Positions 53,065-64,000 of a stretch of 64,000 nucleotides of DNA are shown here, one piece after another. Each line of letters opens with the position of its first letter. The first letter of the stretch is position 1. This DNA is from Eledone cirrhosa. Taxonomy: Eukaryota. The DNA is taken from the NCBI GenBank assembly GCA_964016885.1, contig OZ024742.1, forward strand, positions 49,724,001 to 49,788,000, read 5' to 3'. The notes below the pieces were generated by a model. The model saw nothing but the letters and a program-made list of their open reading frames with translations, did not search any database and had not been told where the DNA came from. Made by a program: the position numbers and the translations under genes.

Positions 53065-53852
53065 TCATCATCATCATCATCATCATTTTACGTCCGCTTT
53101 TCCCTGCTTGCAATTGTTTGACGGGTCCTATTCAGCACAGCATCTCTCCATTTGTCACGGTCCTTCGTCATCTCCACCATGAGCTTCAGCGATCTTATGT
53201 CTGCTCTCACCACCTCTGCCCATTCTTGGCACTTCTTTACCCAGTGGTCTTCCTCCATGTGCATCACATGTCCATACCATCACAGTCATCTCTCCCGCAC
53301 ACTACAACTTATCCCTCTTAAACAGTTTCTCTCTCAACACATCCATGCTCAGTCATTCACGCACATTGCCATTGCACATCCAATGGAGCACGCTTGCCTC
53401 ATTTCTCTCCAGCCATCTAATATCCTCTGCAGTTGTTGCCCATGTCTCACTACCATGCAGCATCGCACACCTCACACAGGCATCATATAACTGGCCTTTC
53501 GTATGCAGGGAGAAATCCTTCTTCGCCAGCAGAAGAAGCAGCTCCCTAAACTTCTTCCAACCCGTCCTTATTCTAGATACTATGGCCTCGGAACACCCCC
53601 CTCCCATGCTAATCTGATCACCTAGGTACCGGAAGCTATCCACCACTTCTATAGAACCCACCTGCATTTGAAAAATGTGTCTATCAATGTGACTTCTACT
53701 GTCAAATTTCCCTATACATCTACTGCATACGTAGTTTTCCCTACCTGTTAGTTTGCCTGCTATCCCACTACATCTCTTGTGTACCCAAGATCTGCATTGT
53801 GCACATTTTATAGAATTTAAGCCAGTTCCTTTTCTGCATATCGAACATGGCC
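53065..53852 (-). mobile_element. 5'-truncated RTE LINE family B with intact PHD-like finger
   Basis: WPCSICRKGTGLNSIKCAQCRSWVHKRCSGIAGKLTGRENYVCSRC...FRYLGD...LHGSETW; (GAT)n tail. Confidence 0.92.
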
Positions 53853-54108
53853 ATATATATATATATACAACTAATATATGCCGACTATATATGCTCACTC
53901 CACTTTTCCATTTTTCCATTCACTGCTCTGTATACAAACATACACACCCTTATATTAACATACTTTTGCTCATAGCTTCGTACTTACATGCACACACACT
54001 CTTTAACTCACATTTCTTCTTAGTTTCGTACGGACGTATAATTACACACACACACACACAAACATATGCACACGCACGTGCTCAAGTATAGCTCATTTTA
54101 TAAAACGG

Positions 54109-54208
<100 letters not shown>

Positions 54209-54270
54209 CTTCCCGACAGCATTCGTTAGCTTGCCTGCAACCAGAGCTTTGGTTATGCTGTACTACCTTC

Positions 54271-54335
<65 letters not shown>

Positions 54336-54368
54336 TACATATATATATATAAATATATATATAAATAT

Positions 54369-54403
<35 letters not shown>

Positions 54404-55030
54404 CGCATACATATATATATATATACCAACTTTGTATCCTTTGTATTATCAAAGGCTATTTTCATATCACATACATTATAAAAAAAAGAAAAACGTATAT
54501 GCTCTGACACTGAGGAGACGGACATGATATCATAATTAAAACATGAATTGAGAAAGATAATGTTTTATAGCAATATTTGCATGAAGATCAAAATTTAGTC
54601 ATAGATCTAAATATTCACAAAGCTAGGGAGACATCATTGATTATATCAAAGGACAACATAAAGAACTATTTAAATAAAAGAAAAATTGAATGAAATTTGA
54701 TAGTAAAACTTGGCCCATATAACAGCAAAATAATTTAAAAACCAGAGAAAAAATTACTCTTAATATAATATATTACCCAATATCTAATCATTTGCAGCTA
54801 AAATGTGGTAGCCTTTAGTATAATGATTCAACAAGAAAGAGAATAACAAAAAAATACCAGCTTTTGCAAATTTAATTCTAAAAGTTTATATTCATACATT
54901 CATACATCCCCATTAATCTAGTTATATATATGCGTTTGTATATATATATACACGTGTATGTATATATATGTATGTATGTATATAAAATGTATATATATAT
55001 GTAATTATATGTATATAAGTATATAAAAAC

Positions 55031-55090
<60 letters not shown>

Positions 55091-55399
55091 ATATATATAC
55101 ATGTATGTATGTATATAAAACTGTATATAAATATATGTTATGTTTATATATATATATATATATCATCATTAGTTTAACGTCCATCTTCCACACTAGCATG
55201 GGTTAGACGTATATATATATATATGTGTATATCATCATCATCATCAACATTTTACGTCGGCTTTCCCTGCTTGCAAGGGTGGAACGGGAACTGATTCTGG
55301 CCTGATTTCTACAGCTGGATGCATGTGGGGGCATATTGTCTATATGATTCAGCTTCGGCTTGTACTCGTGGGGGGGGCGGGTATATACATATATATATG

Positions 55400-55434
<35 letters not shown>

Positions 55435-55660
55435 TTCTATACATATATATGCCTATATATATAATGTGTGTGTATATATATGTACGTATATATTTGTGTA
55501 TCAAGAGGATACCTCGTTTTACTAGCTTCAAGAACGCGTCTACATGACGTGAGAAAGAATCCCAAAAGGCGGAGGGGGAGATAGTCGCGTGATATAACGG
55601 TCGAGAAACAGAGCTAAGCCTCTTATAACCCCAAAGAAAATACCACGGAGGCGGAGGGGG

Positions 55661-55730
<70 letters not shown>

Positions 55731-55783
55731 CCTATATGTATATATATATATATAATTGAAAAAGTGGAGAATAACATGGTCAA

Positions 55784-55893
55784 CAGTTTCTGAAGATCTA
55801 ACGGAGTTAACATCGTATTTAAAATTGAATGGCACTACTTTTAGTGTTCAGCAATTTTTAGACATCTCTATCAGTGAAACAATTGTTAGATTG
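55784..55893 (+). ncRNA. Type I hammerhead motif with long stem II, related to 5553-5663, inside a fold-back (55754-55948)
   Basis: CAGUUU-CUGAAGA-...-GAAA-CAAUUG-UU-AGAUUG; inner hairpin AAAAUUG..GGCACUA CUUU UAGUGUU..CAAUUUU; 34-nt inverted arms at 55754-55787 and 55915-55948. Confidence 0.62.
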
Positions 55894-56202
55894 CAAATAA
55901 ATCCCCTTTTTTGTACTGTTCACCATGTTATTCTCCACATTTTCAATTTTATTACTCCAAGATAAACTTACATAGGAATACAAGTGAAATCATAAACTCA
56001 TCATCTACGTAAACCTCTTGTTGAGTCAAGCAACGCCGTAAGCTAAAACTATCCATAATAAGAAGTATTCACAACCTTTAATTGGATTACCTATAACGAT
56101 ATTTTGTTATTCTTTATGTATATATATATATATATATGAAAACAGATCTCAAAACGATATTTTCTTGTTTTCAATATGTCACTATCTGTAAAACAACTTT
56201 TA

Positions 56203-56264
56203 TATTTTATCTGATGAGTGCGTACCAACATTTTTTGTACCCTTGAAATATATACAATAAAATA
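56203..56264 (+). ncRNA. Hammerhead motif, probably inactivated (U16.1 to C)
   Basis: UAUUUUAU-CUGAUGA-GUGCGUAC...GUACCCUU-GAAA-UAUAUA-CA-AUAAAAUA. Confidence 0.62.
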
Positions 56265-56356
56265 AATATGGTTTTATAAAGGTAGTTATATATACACATA
56301 TATATATATATATATAATTGTATATATCTCTATATATATACATATGTATATATATA

Positions 56357-56770
<414 letters not shown>

Positions 56771-56842
56771 ATATATATAGATATATATATATATATGCAT
56801 ATATATATATGTATATATATATGTATATATATATATGTGTAG

Positions 56843-56894
<52 letters not shown>

Positions 56895-56999
56895 CTATAT
56901 ATATATATGTTTATTTATATACATGTATATATATATATAATGTATATATTATGTATGTATATATATGTATATTTATATATATGTATATATATATATATG

Positions 57000-57037
<38 letters not shown>

Positions 57038-57298
57038 GGTATATATGTATATATATATGTATGTATATATATATATAAATATGTATATACATGTATGTAT
57101 ATGTATCTATATATGTATGTATGTATATATATATTTATATGTATGTATATATATATGTATGTATATATATATATGTATGTATATATGTATGTATATATGT
57201 ATATATGTATGTATATATGTATGTATGTATATAAGTATGTATATACATATATGTCAATAATATTAATAAATGGAAAATATCTTTATAAAACCATATTT

Positions 57299-57357
57299 AT
57301 TTTATTATACGTATTTCAAGGTTACTAATACTTTAGTACGCTTTCGTCATATAAAAT
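57299..57357 (-). ncRNA. Hammerhead motif, C3 mutated
   Basis: Minus strand: AUUUUAU-AUGACGA-AAGCGUACUAA...UUAGUAACCUU-GAAA-UACGUA-UA-AUAAAAU. Confidence 0.6.
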
Positions 57358-57359
57358 CT

Positions 57360-57468
57360 AATTGTTTCTACTTTTGGCACAGGGCCACCAATTAACCAGT
57401 GCATTACTGGTACTTTAATTTATCGACCACGTAAGGATGAAAGGCAAAGTTAACCTTGGCGGGATTTA
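57360..57468 (-). mobile_element. 5'-truncated SINE family B
   Basis: AATTGTTTCTACTTTTGGCAC...TATCGACCACGTAAGGATGAAAGGC. Confidence 0.8.
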
Positions 57469-57669
57469 ATAATTGGTGTAAAGATAGTGACATATCTTCC
57501 TGGGAACTTCATGTTATAAGGTCAGTGAAGATAGTGAATATAATCTTTCAAAACTCAGGGGAAATATGCTAATGAGGATAACGTTAAAACTGAAAAGGTC
57601 CGTTAAGTTTAGACGCTAGATAGATTTTAAATATTATCTAAATATTTATAAAGGGTTTGTCATTAAATT

Positions 57670-58097
57670 TGGCTTAGTGGTTAGAGCTTGCGATCGAAAG
57701 GTTGTGAGTTTAATTCTCGGACAGGTTGATGTGTTGTTTCCTTGAGCAAGACACTTCATTTTGTATTGCTCCAGCTTATTCAGCTGTAAAAATGAGATGA
57801 GAGGACTGGGTCCCCATCATTCCACTTCAAACTGGTCGTGGAGGTTGCACGGCAAAAAAGCACACAGCCTACACTGTAAAGTGGATGTGTAGGCCCCACG
57901 GAAAAAAAGGCTCCCAGCAGTCACGATAAATGAGGTTGGTGTTAGCAATTGCATCCAGCTCTAGAAATCAAGCCAGAATCAATTCCCGTAAGAACAAGAC
58001 AGGGTCAGCTGACTGGACATTGCCCACAACAGGACAACCCGTCTAACCCAGGCTAGCATAGAAGAACGGACGTAAAACGGTGATGATGATGATGATG
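57670..58097 (+). mobile_element. SINE family A variant with the longer RTE-A-like tail
   Basis: TGGCTTAGTGG head, CORE-like body, CCGTCTAACCCAGGCTAGC...GGACGTAAAAC, (GAT)n. Confidence 0.82.
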
Positions 58098-58122
58098 ATA
58101 TATATATGTATATATGTATGTA

Positions 58123-58461
58123 TCATCATCATCATCATCATCATCATTTTACGTCTGCTTTTCCCTGCTTGCAAGGGTGGGACGGGAACTGATTCTGGCT
58201 TTATTTCTACAGCTGGATGCCTTTCCTAACACCAACCTCATTTACAGTGAGTGCTGGGTGCTTTTTTTGCCGTGGCACCTCCACGACCACTTTGCAGTGG
58301 AATGATAGGGACCCCAGTCCCTATCATCTCATTTCTACAGCTGAGTAAACTGGAGCAACGTGAAATAAAGTGTCTTGCTCAAGGAAACAACACATCACCC
58401 AATCTGAGAATTGAACTCACAACCTTTCGATTGCAAGGCCAATGCTCTAACCACTAAGCCA
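58123..58461 (-). mobile_element. SINE family A, tail-to-tail with the preceding copy
   Basis: Match to 2657-2990. Confidence 0.88.
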
Positions 58462-58520
58462 TATGTATATATGTATGTATATATATATGTATATATGTAT
58501 ATAAATGTATATATGTATAT

Positions 58521-61231
58521 GTGTCTGTTGTAAACACTAAATCCCTCCCCCGTGAAGAATGCACCTCCCAACATAGCCTAGTAGTTAGTGACCTCATAGT
58601 CAGGAATAGGCATACTCAACGACAGAGGAAGTCTACCTTGAGGAGAAGAATATGGAAGAGAAGGACCCCATAGCCAGTGACAAATTTAAAAGCAATTAGA
58701 GACATGCGATATAGAGGAACAGTGGCAATTCTTGAAAGTGAACCTGCTGAAAGCAACGGATGAAATCTGTGGCTGGAGCAGACCTATTGGCAGGAGGAGA
58801 GTAACTTGGTGGTGGAACAGTAAGGTGGTAGAGACAATCAAGGCCAAAAAGCAGGCTTGGAAAGTATGGCAGGATGGGGGAAGTAGAGAAGACTATCAAG
58901 TGGCCAGGCCAGAAGCTAGGAGACAAGTGTACCTTGCACAAAGGGTAGTAGAGGACAGAAAGTTCAAGCATGTTCTACAACATGAGGACCAAAAACGTGA
59001 GGTGTTCAGGATTGTTAGACAATGTGTCAAGGAAAACCATGATATTGTCGGGGAGAAGTGTGTCCGTAATGATAACGGTGTACTTGCCATCACTGATATT
59101 GATAAGAAGATAGCCTGGAAGTGTCACTATGAGAGACTATTAAATGAGGAGAATAAATGGGAAAAAGATAGTCTGCCCCAAATCGATCCAATAGAAGGCC
59201 CATCAGTGCTAATTAAAGGTAGTATAATAAGTAAGGCAATCAAAGATATGAAGACAGGCAAGGCAGCTGGGCCTTCGGAGATAGTTGCTGAGATCTTGAA
59301 GGCATCTGGTATGGTGGGACACACTACGGTCACCCGTATAGTTAACCAACTAATACAGAATGGGGTAATACCGAAAGACTGGCGTAGCAGCAACATCATT
59401 AACTGCTACAAGGGTAAAGGGGATGCTCTAGATAGGGGAAACTAAGGAGGCATTAAGTTAGTTGACCAGGTCATGAAGGTCACAGAAAGAGTTATAGTGC
59501 AACTAATTAGAGAGCGAATTGATTTAGATGAAATTCAGTTTCGGTTTGTGTCAGGTAAAAGTACCACAGATGCTCTTTTCCTTGTACGACAACTACAAGA
59601 GAAGTACCTAGCTAAAAGTAAACCCCTCTACTTAATTTTTGTAGACCTGGAGAAAGCCTTTGACAGAGTCCCCCGCTCCATTATCTGGTGGGCTCTTAGA
59701 AAACTAGGCGTAGATGAATGGTTTGTGAGAGCTATACAAGCTATGTATAATGAAACAGTCAGTAAGGTTAGAATTAACAATGAATATTGTGAAGAATTTA
59801 GTGTAAAAGTTGGCGTTCATCAGGGCTCTGTCCTTAGCCCCCTCCTATTTATTATTGCCCTTCAGGCTATAACAGAGGAGTTCATGACCGGCTGCCCATG
59901 GGAACTCCTATACGCAGATGATCTAACACTCATAGCTGAATCAATGGCTGAACTAGAGAAGAAATTTGAAACATGGAAGCATGGCCTAGAATCAAAAGGC
60001 CTTAAAGTTAACTCGTCTAAGACTAAAGTTCTAGTTTGTAGAAAGGAAAATAGGGCACAGGTGCCCTCAGGGAAATGGCCATGTTTAATGTGTAGGAAAG
60101 GAGTAGGCAGAAATTCCATTTTATGTCCCAAATGCAAAGTAAGGGTACATAAAAATGTAATGGGATCACAGGTAAACTATCTAAGAACGTAGACTCTATA
60201 TGTAGCCAATGCTCAAGTGCAATAAGTAGCAAGTGTCCACAGGATACTAGCTCCTTCTATTGCCCAGATGGTTCTATAGAAATAGTAGACACTTTCCGTT
60301 ACCTGGGTGACAAAATCATCAGTGGTGGAGGGTGTTCTGAAAGTACAGTAACCAGAGTCAGAACGGGATGGAAAAAGTTCAGAGAGCTTATACTGCTGTT
60401 GGCCACAAAAGGTTTCTCTCTAAAAATGAAAGGCAGATTGTATGATACCTGTATACGAACAGCAATGCTAAATGGCAGTGAGACATGGGCATTATATGCA
60501 GGGGACCTGCGCAGACTGGAAAGGAACGAAGCACGCGTGCTCCGTTGGATGTGTAATAGTAACATACGTGAACGGCAAAGCATAAATGAACTAAGTGAGA
60601 AATTAGGAATACGAGGGATCAGATGCTGTTTACTTGAGAGAATACTACGTTGGTATGGTCACGTGATGCGCATGAAAGACGACAGCTGCATAAAAAAGTG
60701 CAGGGCGATCAAAATTGATGGTAGTTACGGAGTAGGTGGACCCAGAAAAACCTGGAACGATCTGATAAATTTCGACCTTACACACTTGCACCTCTCTAAG
60801 ACAATGTCACTGGACCAAGATCTTTGGTGCTACGCAGTAATACAGAAGACCCGCCTTGCCTATGTACAAAGCAAAACCTACAGTCAGTAGGCAACACTTA
60901 ACCAAATATACACCACAATCCACTGCCCCTACCCTATCCTCCCACTCCCACCAACACCACATGATAATGAGATCAAGATTGTGTAGGTGTCACGACAAAA
61001 AAACACACAGTCCACGCTCTAATGTGGCCATGTAAGTAACACGGTAAAAAGTTCCCAGTTCAACACTGTAAATGTTGTTGGTGTTAGGAAGGGCATCCAG
61101 CCATAGAAAACCTGCCAGATAGTCCTATATGAGTGAGACACGGTCACCCGACCAGCCTTGCCTCAAGTGGGACAACTCCCGTCTAACCCATGCTAGCGTG
61201 GAAGATGGACGTTAAACGATGATGATGATGA
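58521..61231 (+). mobile_element. Long 5'-truncated RTE LINE family A (end of APE domain, RT, PHD-like finger, C-terminus, 3' UTR, (GAT)n)
   Basis: ORFs 58732-59445, 59473-60192 and 60399-60890: [63 protein letters not shown]. Stop at 59443 and a frameshift near 60155. Confidence 0.95.
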
Positions 61232-61247
61232 GGTTGATATATATATA

Positions 61248-62131
61248 TCATCATCATTATCATCATCATCATTTTACGTCTGCTTTTCCCTGCTTGCAAG
61301 GGTGGGACGGGTCTTATTCAGCACAGCATCTCTCCACTCGTCACGGTCCTTCGTCATCTCCACAGTGAGCTTCAATGATCTGAGGTCTGTTCTCACCACC
61401 TCCGCCCATGTTTTTCGTGGTCTACCTCTACCACGTCTTCCTTCAGCTGGCATTTCCTGGCACTTCTTCACCCATCGGTCATCCTCCATGCGCATCACAT
61501 GTCCATACCACCTCAGTCTCCTCTCCCGCACACTACATTCTATCCCTCTCAGACACAGTTTCTCTCTCAACACATTTATGCTTGGTCGTTCACGTACATT
61601 TACACTGCACATCCAACGGAGCATGCTTGCCTCATTTCTCTCCAGCCGTCGCATATCCTCTGCAGTTGCTGCCCATGTCTCACAACCATGCAGCATCGCG
61701 CTCCTCACACAGGCATCATACAACCGGCCTTTCGTACGCAGGGAAAAACCTTTCTTCGTCAACAGAGGAAGCAGCTCCCTAAACTTCTTCCAACCCGTCC
61801 TTATTCTAGATACTATGGCCTCGGAACACCCTCCTCCCATGCTAATCTGATCTCCTAGGTACCGGAAGCTATCCACCACTTCTATAGCACCCTCCTGCAT
61901 CTGAAAAATGTGTCTATCAATGCGACTTCTACTGTCTAATTTCCCTGTACATCTCTTGCTTCCAACTGCGGTTTCCATAGCCAGAATTTATTCTCTAGCT
62001 CCTCTACTGATTCTGCTATAAGAACCAGATCATCAGCATAGAGAAGTTCCCATGGACAGTCATTCTTAAACACCTCTGTTATGGCTTGGAGGACTATAAT
62101 GAACAAGAGCGGGCTGAGGACCGAACCTTGA
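61248..62131 (-). mobile_element. 5'-truncated RTE LINE family B with an internal deletion
   Basis: [10 protein letters not shown]...LLYADDL...WKPQLEAR joined directly to RCTGKLDSR...FRYLGD...REKQT; (GAT)n tail. Confidence 0.92.
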
Positions 62132-62347
62132 TATATATATGTATATATATATATATGTATATATATATATGAATATATATATATATGTATATATATATGT
62201 ATATATATATATGTATATATATGTATATATATGTATATGTATATGTATATATATATATGTGTATACATACAAATACACATATATACATATATTCTCATAT
62301 ACATATATATACATACATAAAACATACCTAAAATGATGATGATGATG

Positions 62348-62389
<42 letters not shown>

Positions 62390-62424
62390 GTATGTATGTA
62401 TATGTATATATATATGTGTATGTG

Positions 62425-62465
<41 letters not shown>

Positions 62466-64000
62466 CATCATCATCATTTTACATATGGTTTATGTATGTA
62501 TATATATATATATGAGAATATATGTATATATGTGTATTTGTATGTATACATATATATATGTCAATATATATGTTTATATATATACATATCTATCTATATA
62601 TATATATATAGATAATTGTGAAGGAATGAAGAGTAACATGGTTGGCTGTACAACAAGGGGCTTTATTTCAGGTATTAACAATTGCTTCATTGATCAGGTG
62701 AGTCTAGAGGCCGTTAATCGCTCGATATATAGATAATTACCCTTTTGTGTGTATATGTAGAAATATTTTGTGTGTATATGTAGAAATATTTAGATAGAGG
62801 AGTGAGAGAGAAAGATGTATTATTCAAATATAGATATAAATAATGACCTTACATATATTTACACATCTACTAGATTCCATGTACATTATATTGGTGAAAT
62901 GTAGAGAACAGCAGGAACACTTTTCAAATGCCCTAAAGTGGGTCTGAACTTGGGACCATGTTGATACAAAGTGAAATTCCTAACCATAGAACAATATATA
63001 TTTCTTTGAAATATGATTTCAATATTATAGCTTGTTCTAAAAGAGGGTTTCTATTTTTTGAGAGGTATGGTGAGCCTATTAAAATGTAATCGAAATATTA
63101 TGTCTCAATAAAAATATGTAATATTAAGCTTGCCTCAATTTGTTAAAAGTATTGAAATAAAAATGGCATTGGTAAACATTAATCTAATATATCTATAATG
63201 ATAATGATGATGATGATGAAAATAAATATTGAATATAAAAATATTTTTGAGTAATACCATTTTTTCTCCTTTACTTACAAAATGTCACAAATAACACATT
63301 GAGTGAATTACATTAAAAATAAAGATAACAAAATATACAATCCTTAAGTTAATCCATCATAACTATAAAGTTGAAGAAAAGTCCAGTAATATATTTGTCT
63401 GTAGTTTACCACATGCAATGACATCTTCTCATTAGGTCAACTATGTGATATATCAAATTTATACTGACTGGAAGATAAATTGAATTTTGCTTTTGGTAAA
63501 TTGGAAACCATGTATATTTTGTTTGTTTTACTTCATATATCTGTTGATAAATTTCTGCATGATTCTCAAATTGCAAGGTTGAATTAGATGCTGTGTTAGA
63601 AGTCTTCACCTAAAATTTTGTTTGATTTAATGCAATGAATGGTTCAGATAAATTTATCAGATTTTTATTATGTTTGCATAATTTTTCTTGTTACTTTTTA
63701 TAAAAAATAAATGGTGTTTTTCAATTGGATATCAACATAAAAGTTCTGCATTTCTTCTATAGTTTTCAGCTATATTATGATAAGAGGAAAAACTCTGAAT
63801 ATTTCTGATACTTGACGAAATGAGGAAGTAAAGATTAATTGTAATTTATAGAGAGACATGTGATCACATTTGAATATTTGTGTGTATTATATGTTTCATG
63901 TATATAGTGTGCCTTTTATGTCTTTATTAAATTGGCTAAGCTCTAAGAGATTTGGATTAAATTACTTGGTGTTTGTTCTATCATTCTGTGCTCTGAGTTC

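Overview
AT-rich eukaryotic DNA, very likely intronic or intergenic sequence of a coleoid cephalopod (Octopus-like). This is inferred from the long (TA)n tracts and the repeat families. No complete host gene is visible; nearly all ORF-track entries are microsatellite or antisense artefacts. The window contains (1) many 5'-truncated RTE-clade LINE copies from two families with (GAT)n tails, including a ~2.7 kb copy at 58.5-61.2 kb, whose ORF2 carries a C4HC3 PHD-like finger; (2) R4/Dong-type RT plus restriction-like endonuclease elements in (TAA)n; (3) Tx1/L1-type fragments (a 5' UTR+ORF1 piece and two 3' pieces); (4) two main tRNA-derived SINE families; (5) a near-perfect ~1.96 kb tandem duplication; and (6) a well-formed 39-nt candidate microexon. 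The least obvious signal is a set of nine type-I hammerhead-ribozyme motifs in short Penelope-like relics between the (TA)n tracts. Their stem III is always a 6-nt palindrome, in five different sequences, and several have an unusually long stem II. All calls are from reading the sequence by eye; no alignment or folding program was run.
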